Shown here: positions 9,618 to 20,400 of the stretch, in pieces
Layout: each line of letters begins with the position of its first letter
Position numbering within the stretch: the first letter of the stretch is position 1
NCBI GenBank assembly: GCA_964388035.1
Contig: CAYLZE010000011.1
Span: 21,329-85,328, forward strand
Reading direction: 5' to 3'
Length of the DNA stretch: 64,000 nt
From: an uncultured archaeon
GTDB taxonomy: Archaea; Asgardarchaeota; Lokiarchaeia; Sigyniarchaeales; SOKP01
Position numbers and translations under genes: made by a program
The notes under the pieces: generated by a model
Told to the model about the DNA's origin: nothing
The model's input: only the letters and a program-made list of their open reading frames with translations
Databases searched by the model: none

Positions 9618-9958
9618 ATTTAAAAAAATAATCCAAAATTATTTAAAAAAATGTTATTAAACTATAATCGATAAATTTTATAGGAGAAATTTGCAAAAAA
9701 TCTTGCATTCTAAATGAGAGTACGTTCTTCTTTTCGAATAAATTATTGAGATCTAAAAACTAATGATGGATATGAATCATTTTTTCAAATCTTTGACAAT
9801 TTTTCCATCTTTTTTTATCTATTTCTTAAGAAAAGTAGCATAGAGTTAAAAATATTTGAGAAAATTTATCTTAAATAGAGATATAGTTAAAATTCTTAAG
9901 AACAAATTTTAAATCACGAAAATATGGTATCATAAATTCTCATTCGACTTCTAAAAGA

Positions 9959-11161
9959 TCAAAGAGATAATACAATTTTATTATGCGATTTTAACATATC
10001 CGTGAGTATAAGTTCCATCGCATCTTTAATATCTGCATTATTATCTATGATACATCTTTTTGCATTGATTGTAGCCATTAAGATTTCATTCAATCCTCTT
10101 AAAATCATATCTGTAGAATAATAGGGTTTCTTAGAAGCCCACCATTGGGAACAGGAATACACACCTCTGTCCATAAAATTACGTGCATTATAAAATAAAT
10201 TAACTCTCTCGGGATTCATGCTATCCTTATATTTGCTTGCCAAATTAATGACAGTTAAGCCATACATGAATAGTTTGTGTTGTTCGATGTGTAATGGATT
10301 ATTAGGGTCAAACCAGAGAGGATAGGGAACGTCATGAGCAATATCTCCAGGCATTGTGGACCAAGTGGAAGCTCTGGGATACTGGCTCGTTCCAACGGGA
10401 AATTTTTTTACAATTTCAGAAATAGTACAGAGTTTAATATCATTTCGATTTGGTAATTCATCAAACAAGGGGATCAAAAATTGTTGAATCTTATGTTTAA
10501 TATGGTGTCCAAAGGTTTCAACATCCATTGCAAGAATGACATAGGTATCTTGAGGAGAATTGGTGTAATGTAAGCGTTTAAAAAACTCTTCGACAGAATT
10601 AATTTTATTAAAAGCCAGATCCACTGAGATGTAATCATCTCTAAACAGTAATTTTAATCCATTAGGATGTTGAGAAATGAAATTAACTGGAAATTCGGGA
10701 AGGGTATTTGCTATACCACTCATGATAATCCATTCTAATCCCATTTGTTGCACTATTTTTAACACTTCCTCTGAAATGGCCATTTCTGGAGGGAAAAATC
10801 CTGTAGGCGTGTAAACTCTACCAAAATATCTGCTATTTGTTACATGATTTAATGAAACTTGACGCTCTATTTCTGGTTCTGGAAGTAAGGGCAAGATGGG
10901 ATGGAATTTACCCGATTCAGTAAACTCCACCTGTCCTTTTGAAGCTAAAGTTGTAATCTTTTGAATTATATCATTATGCTGATAATCCATGAATTGTTCT
11001 GTTAAGATTCCATTAATGTTTAATGTAATTTTTGCTTCCGGATGATTATATATCGCATCCAAGACAGGATCATAGCATTCTTTAACAATTTGCTTGATGA
11101 CAAATGGAACTTGAACAGGAGGTTGATAAAAATGAAATAAAAAAGCAAAATATACCGTCAT
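9959..11161 (-). CDS. glycoside hydrolase family 57
   Basis: HFYQP, HPILPLL, GFFPPEMA (nucleophile Glu), MDVETFGHH (acid/base Asp), SCSQWW. Confidence 0.93.
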   Translation of the reverse strand: MTVYFAFLFHFYQPPVQVPFVIKQIVKECYDPVLDAIYNHPEAKITLNINGILTEQFMDYQHNDIIQKITTLASKGQVEFTESGKFHPILPLLPEPEIERQVSLNHVTNSRYFGRVYTPTGFFPPEMAISEEVLKIVQQMGLEWIIMSGIANTLPEFPVNFISQHPNGLKLLFRDDYISVDLAFNKINSVEEFFKRLHYTNSPQDTYVILAMDVETFGHHIKHKIQQFLIPLFDELPNRNDIKLCTISEIVKKFPVGTSQYPRASTWSTMPGDIAHDVPYPLWFDPNNPLHIEQHKLFMYGLTVINLASKYKDSMNPERVNLFYNARNFMDRGVYSCSQWWASKKPYYSTDMILRGLNEILMATINAKRCIIDNNADIKDAMELILTDMLKSHNKIVLSL

Positions 11162-11285
11162 GAATATAATAGGTAAAATATCTATTTTAAGCTATCATCA
11201 AAACTTTCTAATAAAAAAATTTAATTTCTCATTGGTTAAGCTTAAAAATAAAAGAATTAAATTAAAAAAAAAAATCAAATTAGAT

Positions 11286-12767
11286 TTAAATATCACTTCT
11301 TCGAACTTTTAATTTTCTCGCCATTAGGATGGTAATAACCGCAGTAAACAATCCTGCAATTAAAAACCATATATCTAGTGTGAAAAATGGGATTGAAAAT
11401 GTATTAGAGCCCGCTTCAATATCTCCAGGATTCGATCCGTAAATGGCGATCCACCAATCGCGATTGCCATCAACATCCCCATCATCTTGAGGTTTAGGAC
11501 AACTTGATCGACCCCAGTTTCCACTAGATAAGATTAGAGTGCTATTATCTATGATGCAATACTTGCAATGTTGAAAAGAGAAATCTTGAGTTGCCCATAA
11601 TCCCTGAGCTTTAACTTGTTCGCTATTTACTTGAGATTTTACTCCCACTTCCGTGAGACGATACATCGCATCTCGATTATAATCTTGTTCATATGAACCA
11701 ACTTGCGATTTTTCTAAAAGTAATTTTACTGTTACACCATCAGCCATTCGATCTTTGATGATATCAATTAAATACGGAGAAGAGAGAGTATAGACAGACA
11801 GATATATATTGGTTTTCGCTTTTTTGAGTAAATTTGAAACAACATTAAAACAATTATCGGGAGAAGCCATGCATGTTACATCCATGGTTCCTTCAAAAGT
11901 CTGTGTCGTTGAAAATTGATTAATGTAAACCGATGGAGTAATATTCCCCGTTGGCTCGTCTTGGATTGTTTGGGTGGAAATCGTTTGTAGATGAACAGAG
12001 GGATCATAGTTTACACAGACAGACCAATCATGATTGTACAAGGTCAAATAATAGCCTGCCACACTAGAGGATTCGATGATAAGTCCAGCTTCTCTATTTT
12101 CGCGTATCGATGTTGGGGACCAATTAATGGATGAGATTAGGACCTTAGCACCATCCACGATAACTCCTTTATTATGCATGGTATCAAAATACATGGGAAC
12201 GGTTCCGGTACAAATTTTTACTGAAATTCCATGACTTGTTAATAAATCTGCGCTAGCTTTAGAATCTGCATTATTGGCGTCATCCAAAATTACTCTTACT
12301 TCAACGCCCCTATCATGGGCGGAAATGATGGCGTTTACCAATTCTGTTAAATCATTATATATGTACATTTGTTCAATGTATAAAGTCTGCGTAGCGCTGT
12401 TGATTAGAGAAATTATCTGTGACTCCGAATTATCCGGTGAAAGAATAGGGGTGATTTTCATGGTACCCGAAATTTTCTCTGAATCATAAGGTTGATAATT
12501 GCTTCCATAAATTGTCGTGCTCTGGGCTTCTCCCTTTCCATCAACGGCAGGATCGTAAGCTTGTCCTAAAGACCAGTCATAGCTGAACACTTTTCTGAAA
12601 TAATCGACCACTCCTTGTGCTTGATTCGAGGAAGCATCTGCTGATAATCCAAGATTTTGATCTTCATTCGAAAATAAACCATTAAAACTTAAAGCACTAA
12701 GAGTAGGGAGTGAAATCAATGAGATTACACAAATTATGAAAATTTTTTTTTTTAAATTCGATATCAT
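11286..12767 (-). CDS. secreted, C-terminally anchored phospholipase D-superfamily protein
   Basis: Two HKD motifs (HNKGVIVD, HCKYCIID), signal peptide, C-terminal SIPFF + TM helix + basic tail. Confidence 0.9.
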   Translation of the reverse strand: MISNLKKKIFIICVISLISLPTLSALSFNGLFSNEDQNLGLSADASSNQAQGVVDYFRKVFSYDWSLGQAYDPAVDGKGEAQSTTIYGSNYQPYDSEKISGTMKITPILSPDNSESQIISLINSATQTLYIEQMYIYNDLTELVNAIISAHDRGVEVRVILDDANNADSKASADLLTSHGISVKICTGTVPMYFDTMHNKGVIVDGAKVLISSINWSPTSIRENREAGLIIESSSVAGYYLTLYNHDWSVCVNYDPSVHLQTISTQTIQDEPTGNITPSVYINQFSTTQTFEGTMDVTCMASPDNCFNVVSNLLKKAKTNIYLSVYTLSSPYLIDIIKDRMADGVTVKLLLEKSQVGSYEQDYNRDAMYRLTEVGVKSQVNSEQVKAQGLWATQDFSFQHCKYCIIDNSTLILSSGNWGRSSCPKPQDDGDVDGNRDWWIAIYGSNPGDIEAGSNTFSIPFFTLDIWFLIAGLFTAVITILMARKLKVRRSDI

Positions 12768-13058
12768 TCCCGATTCCTCAAAAAAAGGGATAGATTTATT
12801 ATTTATTTGGATTTCTTCGTTTTAAAGTTATCTATCTAAGATTAATATGATGAAAATCTAACCTATATAATAAGATAAATAGGTAATTTATACTTCCGAC
12901 AAATTTTTTTATTTTATTAGGAATAAGATAAGAGAACTATCATTGAAGGTTTTTTATTGTTCAAAGTCCTTTTCACTTACTAATTATTCTTATTTATTAA
13001 TTTTTAATTAAAAATAATTCATGAATTGATATCTTTAGTTCAAAAAAAAGAAGATAAT

Positions 13059-14855
13059 TTAGAATAACGTCTTTCTTAATACTTTTCCCGCCTTAACACC
13101 AGTATGCTGCTTATTTTTATAAGTAATTTCTCCATTAACAATTACATGTTCAATTCCATCAGGAGCTTGTCGAGGATTTTGTAAATCTCCTGTCATTTTA
13201 ATTTTATTATAATCGAAAATTAAAATATCTGCATAATAATTTGGTTTAAGAATTCCTCTATTCTTTATTCCATAACGCTCGGCAACAAAAGAAGTTGCTT
13301 TACGAATCGCTTCTTCTAAGGAAAGAAAACTTTTTTCTCTTACAAATCTTCCAATATAGTCTGCATACATTCCATAAAAGTGGGGCACAAAAACAGAGCT
13401 TAGAAATTCTTCAGGAATTCCAGTTCCTATTCTTTTTAAATTTTCAAGAGAAAAATTTAGTGTTGGGAGAACGCTCATATCGGTGCAAGGCATGCTAAGA
13501 GGATGCTTCAAGTAAATGGGAAGTGTAAGGTAATTTGTTGCTCTATCCTCCGTAAATTGAAGCCATTTTATCTCAGGGTCTTCGACTATTAAATCAAAAA
13601 TTATATCAAGACAAGGTTTATCGAATTCTATAGAAAGTTCTCCAATCGTTTTGTTGACATAATTTGAATTTTGGGATTCTACAATTTTAAATCTATTCAT
13701 CCAAAAGGGATCTGCTTTTAGATGGATCATGCTAAATTTTAGATATCCCTCTTGATTTAATTTCTTTAATTTATTCCGGAATTCATTATCTTTTAATTTC
13801 GCGATAAATTCTTCCTTGTTAAATTCCCTTAACCATTGTAATTTTTGTAATCGTGATAAAAGGAATTCATTAATCAGGAGAGTTTTTGGGGCGATACTTG
13901 TATCTGAAACGATGATATCAAATGTTACATCTATTCCTTCACATTTTGCTTTATCAAATAACCAATGGGTAGCTTTTGCTGTTGCTTCATCGAGAAAATC
14001 AGGATGCGGTTGGGGTAAAACATATACTGTATAAATGTGAGAAACTTGAATGGGAAGACCTACTCTTTTTCCAATTTCAAAAGCTTCCATTAATCCCTTC
14101 TATTTCCCGATCCAAGCTTCTTCTATCGCTCCATGAAATACGCCATATCCATATAATTCCGAATCCTCAGTTGCCCATTGGCTTTGACAGTGTCTCAAAT
14201 GAGATACATATATTCCTCCATATTTTTTTGCTACTTTTGCCAATTCCACGATTTCATCTGTATTGCAATATTCTGAAGGATCATAATCTAAACCCGTGGA
14301 TAATCAATAAGCACCACATTTCATTCCATCTTCAACGAGTTGTTTCATTTCTTCAATTTCTTTAGAGGTTGCATATCTCTTGAAATCTTCTCCCATGACA
14401 TACCTTCTTACTACATTATGCCCAATGAATGGCACAAAATTGACAGAAATTCCTTTTCTTTCTACTTTTTTTAACCATTTAGCTTGACTTAAATCATTTT
14501 TTGATATCCCCGCTTCCCAACCGTCCAATCCAATTTTCCTTTTTGTTGGTTCAACACTCATACCCCTTTTGGGGGAAGGAGTAAGACCACAATTTCCTCC
14601 TATTGCTGTGGTTATTCCTTGCATTATAAAATTATGACAAAGTGGAAGAATCATCATTGTCAAATCCACATGACAGTGAGGATCGATAAATCCCAGAGAA
14701 GTACATAACCCTTTTCCATCAATAATAACTTAAGCGCTTTCTTCCATTTTATTAATTGAAACTATTTTTGAATTTTTAATCGTGATATCTCCAAAATAAG
14801 CGGGGGAACCCGTTCCATCAATAATTTTTGTATTTTTAATAATAATATCATTCAT
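13059..14855 (-). pseudogene. N-acyl-D-amino-acid deacylase (D-aminoacylase) family, broken by three in-frame stops
   Basis: ATG 14855 MNDIIIKNTKIIDGTGSP...GFIDPHCH...GITTAIGGNCG...LSTGLDYDP...ADILIFD...GKVLR, all in one frame. Stops: TAA 14730-14732, TGA 14304-14306, TAG 14100-14102. Confidence 0.88.
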
Positions 14856-15152
14856 TATTTACACTTTATACTGATTTGTATAAAATACTTATCTTATTCG
14901 TTTAAATCTATAAAAACTTCTAAAATTCCATTTTATTATTTTTTTATTCTTTGATCATTTCACCTTCATACAATAAATCTTTCGTTTCTTATCGTATCTA
15001 ATTCTAGAAAAAGTAGTTTAGAACTCCATTTTTGATTCTTATTTATAAGTTTTTCGGAATCTAAGAAATTTCTCACTTCTTTCATGTAATAGAGACAAAC
15101 TTTAATTATTACGCCATGTTATCAATATCAATATAGTTGCCTTGAATATATC

Positions 15153-16376
15153 ATGGAGACCACGATTAGTAGTGAGAAATGGCCTTTTTGGCCTGTCCTT
15201 TTACTTTCTCTTCTTTATCCCATCAATAATGCGTTGCTATCCCTTGCCATTCCTATTTATTATTTCAATTTAGGCACCAGTATAGAGATTATCGGTCTTT
15301 TAAGTTCGGGATCAGCATTAACCTATTGTTTTTCTCCCATTCTGGTAAATAATTTCTCCAATATGATAGGGCGCAGAAATAGCATACTTATCGCTTGTCT
15401 GGGAGGATTCATGGCAGAATTCACCTTTTTTTTTACTTTAAATCCTGTAATTTTTTTTATCTCTAGACTTACGGAAGGTTTTGTAATGGGTTTTTTTTGG
15501 ACCAGTTTACAATCCTCCATCTCTGATAATGTTTATAATCAAGATAAATTGATGTCAAGATATAATTTTTCTTGGAATTTGGGTTTAGTATTAGGGTTTT
15601 TGTTGGGTTTCCTTGTATTATTTTTCTCTAATAAAATTCTATTTGTTTTTTATATAAGTGCCTTAATAATTCTAGGGATGTTTATAGTGGGACTCTCCTC
15701 CTTTAAGGAGCCCCTAAAACTCAACGGAAATAATTCCCAATTACAATCAAATAATTCCCAATTACACTCATTGATGCAAAGAGATTCATCCAACGACCCT
15801 ATTAATATAGATAAAGATTTTTCTCAATATAACATCCCTGTCATTTTACCTACGATTCTTATTATTATTTTCTCTTTACTTAAGACAGGAGTAAGTTTAC
15901 TTTATCCCATAAAATCAGAAATTATTGGTTTTCCCGGGTATTCTACTTATTTATTATCTTTTTTAACAATAATCGTGCAAGCCATATTTGCGTCCCTTGG
16001 TAGTAATATTTCATTTAAATTGTTAAAAAAAACAACTTATTCCATCATTTTGGTGACAATACCGACCATAATTTTATTTGGAATCACTACTAATTTCTTC
16101 GTATTTTTAATATTATTTCTTATTGTGGGCGCCATTTCCGGATACTCTTTTGGAATTGCCCTAAAAATGTTTCTCTCCATGAACATTCGATGGAAAACCT
16201 CAAAATATAGCGGAATCATTGAGACTGTAAATGGAATTGCATTTTTCTTATCACCCATACTCATGAGCCTAATAGCTGCAATCTCTTTAAATTTCAGCTT
16301 TTATTTCATGGCAAGTATTATAGGATTATTATTAATAATTTATATTTCTTTTAATCGTAGGATCATGAAAATTTAA
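15153..16376 (+). CDS. MFS transporter
   Basis: About 12 TM segments, motif A-like SNMIGRR, SRLTEG. Confidence 0.88.
   Translation: METTISSEKWPFWPVLLLSLLYPINNALLSLAIPIYYFNLGTSIEIIGLLSSGSALTYCFSPILVNNFSNMIGRRNSILIACLGGFMAEFTFFFTLNPVIFFISRLTEGFVMGFFWTSLQSSISDNVYNQDKLMSRYNFSWNLGLVLGFLLGFLVLFFSNKILFVFYISALIILGMFIVGLSSFKEPLKLNGNNSQLQSNNSQLHSLMQRDSSNDPINIDKDFSQYNIPVILPTILIIIFSLLKTGVSLLYPIKSEIIGFPGYSTYLLSFLTIIVQAIFASLGSNISFKLLKKTTYSIILVTIPTIILFGITTNFFVFLILFLIVGAISGYSFGIALKMFLSMNIRWKTSKYSGIIETVNGIAFFLSPILMSLIAAISLNFSFYFMASIIGLLLIIYISFNRRIMKI
15729..15770 (+). repeat. 21-bp tandem duplication in the MFS central loop
   Basis: AATAATTCCCAATTACAATCA then AATAATTCCCAATTACACTCA (NNSQLQS/NNSQLHS). Confidence 0.85.
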
Positions 16377-16495
16377 GAATTCATTTAAAAATATTCTATA
16401 TTTATAACCAAAAGCAAAGGAATCAATCTACAAAATTCTAAAACTTTCTCGAATTTACAAAGAATATGAGTGAATAAAAAAAATTTGGAAAGGAA

Positions 16496-16601
16496 TGGCG
16501 CCCACAGCGGGATTTTCATCGTGAGTGACTTCACGCACGTTTTGAACCCGCGTCGCAGGAGTGACAGTCCCGAATGCTGGACCGGGCTACACTATGTGGG
16601 C
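16496..16601 (-). tRNA. tRNA-Asp(GTC) with 28-nt intron at position 59/60 (T-loop); CCA encoded
   Basis: Acceptor GCCCACA/TGTGGGC-G-CCA; anticodon arm CGGGA-CTGTCAC-TCCTG. Removing 16513-16540 restores GCGGG-TTCAAAT-CCCGC. Confidence 0.93.
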
Positions 16602-16939
16602 CAGATGGGTGGGTTACCCAAATTAGATATAAAAAAAGAAATACATCAAAATATAAAAATTTTATTCTCTTATATCTCTGGCTCTAAAACATGTCATGAT
16701 AAAGATAAATTACGGCATTTTAATTTTAAAAACAAAAATGGGATTCTATCCAAGGAAAGGAATTAAAGTTAATAATTAGGAATTCAAATTTTAAAATTTT
16801 GAAATGATTTTGAAAATATGAATCACGAGAAGATTTTAACGGTATGATAATATTTTTATAGGTACGTGGTGATGTTTTATTTATCATTAATAGGATATAT
16901 TTGCATTTTGTCACATAATTTTTCATTTTGAAAAGTTCC

Positions 16940-17380
16940 ATGCCAAACTTGAATACGATCAATTCCATATTAAATCTTCTTGAGAAAGATGATGAACAAT
17001 TCCTTTCGGTATTAGATAGGTTTATTAAATTTAACATTATGATTGCTGATAATTCCGAGGAAATTAGAGAAGAATTATCACTATTAAATAAAATATATCA
17101 GTTTGTTATTTATGAAGGAGATAAGACTTTATTAAGCTTTTGGATTGAAAGAAATAATGATAAAATCTTATATCAGCAGGGAATAAACCCAAAAGCCCAA
17201 GTGCATTTTAAATTATCTAAAACCACCTTGATTAAAGCAATTAAAAGGGAAATAAACTTATCAGATTATTTCATGAAAGGGTTAATAGAAATTGATGGAG
17301 ATATTTATGAAATTATTAAATTGAGAAACATTTTAAGGGATCTCTATGCTCATGTTTTGAAGAAATATCCTATTAAATAA
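16940..17380 (+). CDS. SCP2 sterol/lipid-carrier domain protein
   Basis: YQFVI...FWIE...QQGINPKAQVHFKLS...YFMKGLIEIDGDI SCP2 pattern. Confidence 0.8.
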   Translation: MPNLNTINSILNLLEKDDEQFLSVLDRFIKFNIMIADNSEEIREELSLLNKIYQFVIYEGDKTLLSFWIERNNDKILYQQGINPKAQVHFKLSKTTLIKAIKREINLSDYFMKGLIEIDGDIYEIIKLRNILRDLYAHVLKKYPIK

Positions 17381-17430
17381 CAAGAGAAAATTAGTTTTTT
17401 ATAGTCGCTTTACAACAGGTGCTTTTCTAT

Positions 17431-20400
17431 CTAATACTTAAAATGATGCTCTTTTAAAGAAATGGCCCCCTCTTTCACGTTTTTCTTTAGAATTGTAATG
17501 ATGACGATTGACATCATGCCGATAACAGAAATGAAAAGTCCAATAGAGAGAAAAGTGGAATTTCGATAAGCATCTTGATTTGAAAATTGAGCAGACACGG
17601 GGATCTTCACAATATTATCCTCACTCGCTAACGTGGAGTTTCCCTTATTTTGAAACTTCAATATTAAAGTTTTATTCTGTTTTATAGGACTTTCAAGAGA
17701 CATGTTAAATTCGACGTTTCCTAAATTATTTGTGATGTAACTCTTTCTCATGAGCAAGATGGTTTGATTGTATAAATAAATCGTTATATTTTCATATTGA
17801 AGGGGATTCTGAATCCCATTTCTAACATAAAGGAAAGAAACTAAACCTAAAAGTTGTTTTTCTTTTAAGGTTACATTCACAACTTTTAAAATTACATCCA
17901 TTTTATTCATCGTGATATTTTTTTTAAAACAATAATTTTCGTGATTAAATACGTTAGTTAAGTTAAACCAAAAACTATTAGTTCCTATTGATAAATCTTT
18001 ATAAGATAATTTAAAAGAAAATTGTCCACCTTCTAGAAAAAAGGATTTCTTAGATAATAGCTCGTTATTCTCTTTAATCAACAATTCTAACGTTCCATTT
18101 TTAATATCAACACTGGTATCAAAAAAGTTGAATAAGTGAATACTAATTTTTTGATCCTCTCCATATTCCATTACATCTTGGAATGCGTTCAATTCATAGG
18201 AAATCTTACCCTTGTGCACATTAATAAGTAGAGAATTTTTTAAAATGTAGCATTCTTGCTTTGACTTATTCAAATATAAAAAGATAATTATAACCTCCAA
18301 TTCACGCGTATTATAAATAGTACAATTTGTGAGGGCAGAGGTGGGTATAATTATATTTTCCTCCATGGTTCCGAGATCATTATATTTAATACTTTTCCAA
18401 ATTACATTAAAATCGTCATCTATCAACCAAATCTGGACTGAAGGATTTAAATCATAAGAATTATAGATTATCCATGAGGCATTTAGTATTATTTTTTCTC
18501 CGTATTGGAAATTTTCTTTATTTATTTTAAAGTGATTTACATCCATGCAAGATTCTAATACGATAGAAATGTTAAAAGGAAAAGTATAATCTTCCATATA
18601 TAAATCATCGGTATCATTTTCGTGAAAATAATAATAGAGATGAATTTTAAAAAAGAATAAATTCGTTGAATTTACCATGATTATGTTTAAAGTGGATAAA
18701 TTAACTTCTAAATTAACTTCATTATATAAGGGAGTATGATATTCCACGCTATTCCATATCAAGAAGCCCGTGCTATTTAATAGGCATATCTGGATGAATG
18801 CATACACGGAAGGAGATTGAGCGGTGTAATTCAAAGTCCAGGAAGCGTGCAAATTAATAGTATCATTAAGAAAATAATCTTGATTATCCAAGGTTAAATC
18901 ATGCACGCTAAGACAAGAGGAACCCTTTTTAGAAAGGTTAAAATAGTACGTGAAGGTTTCTAAGTATGAATCGTCTCGATCGCTTTCATGAAAATAATAA
19001 CAAAATCGTAATTTAAAATGATATAGATTATTTGGCATTGGTAATGGAAGATTCAAGTCAATTAAATGCAATTCTTCGAAAATTAGTTCGGTGGTAATGT
19101 CATGATATTCCGAGCTATTCCATACCAGAGCATCAGAACTATTAAAAAGGCAGATTTGGAGAAATGCATCCACGGGAAGGGGTTGAGCAGTATAATTTAG
19201 GGTCCAAGATGCATTCATATAGAGGATATCGTCCATGTAATACGTTTCTTTATCCGTGCTTAAATAATAGACGGTAAGACAAGATAACCCTATTTTTAAA
19301 ACGTCAAAAGAACAGGTATATTCCTCTAAAAAGAGATCTTCAGTCAGTTCTTCACCGAAGGAAGAAAATAGCCGAACTTTTAAATAAAAACCCGTCTTTG
19401 CCGCGTATAAGAAGGGATTTAATTCAGATAAATTGAGATCGAACAGTAATTCAAGAGGATAGGTTTTACGATACTCCGAACTATTCCAAATTAGAGCATT
19501 GGATTCATTAAAAAGACAGATTTGGAGAAAAGCATCAACTAAAGGTGGACTAGGAATTTGGTTCATTATCCAGGAAGCATTTACTTGTACAATCTCATTT
19601 ATATAGTATTCCTCTTTATCGATATTCATGTAATGAATCTTTACATAAGATGAGGCGATAATGGAGATATTAAAAGAGCAAGAATATTCTTCTAAATACA
19701 AATCTGCAGTGTCCCTTTCATGAAAATAATAAAAAAGTCGCAGTTTAAATTGAAAGGGATTTTTCATTCTCGATAAGAAAAGATCCATAGTTGATAAAAT
19801 GAATTCTTTATTGATTTGCATGGTGGTAATATCATGATATTCGGAACTATTCCATATCAAGAAGCCCGTGCTATTTAAAAGGCATATCTGGATGAAAGCA
19901 TCCACGGGAGGAGGCTGAGCGGTGTAATTTAATGTCCAGGATGCGTTTAGGTGAATAGATTCATCGATAAGATAATCATTCTTATCTATATTCAAATAGA
20001 TTCCTTGAACACAAGATAATCCTCTTTTAGTTATATTGAAAGAATAAGTATAATCCTCTAAAAAGGTATCTGCGGTATCTATCTCACTAAAAAAATAAAA
20101 CAGGCGAAATTTGAAATAGAAAGCCGTGCTATTCTTTGATAAATAAAGATCCATAGTTGATAAGATGAATTCTTCATTGACTTGCATGGTGGTAATGTCA
20201 TGATATTCAGAGCTATTCCATATCAAGTAGTCCGTGCTATTTAAAAGGCATATCTGGATGAAAGCATCCACGGGAGGAGATTGAGCGGTATAATTTAACG
20301 TCCAAGAAGCGTTTAAATGGAGCACATTGTCCGTAAAATAAGCTTCTTTATCTGTGTTTAAATAATGAACATTGATACAAGATGATCCTCTTTTAGTTAC

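Noticed and set aside
14304-14306. In-frame TGA as selenocysteine (and TAG at 14100 as pyrrolysine)
   Set aside because: The position corresponds to Gly, the same frame also has a TAA, and I saw no SECIS-like hairpin
16470-16766. 98-aa ORF in the ORF track
   Set aside because: It is antisense to the intron-containing tRNA-Asp and its promoter, and has no protein motif
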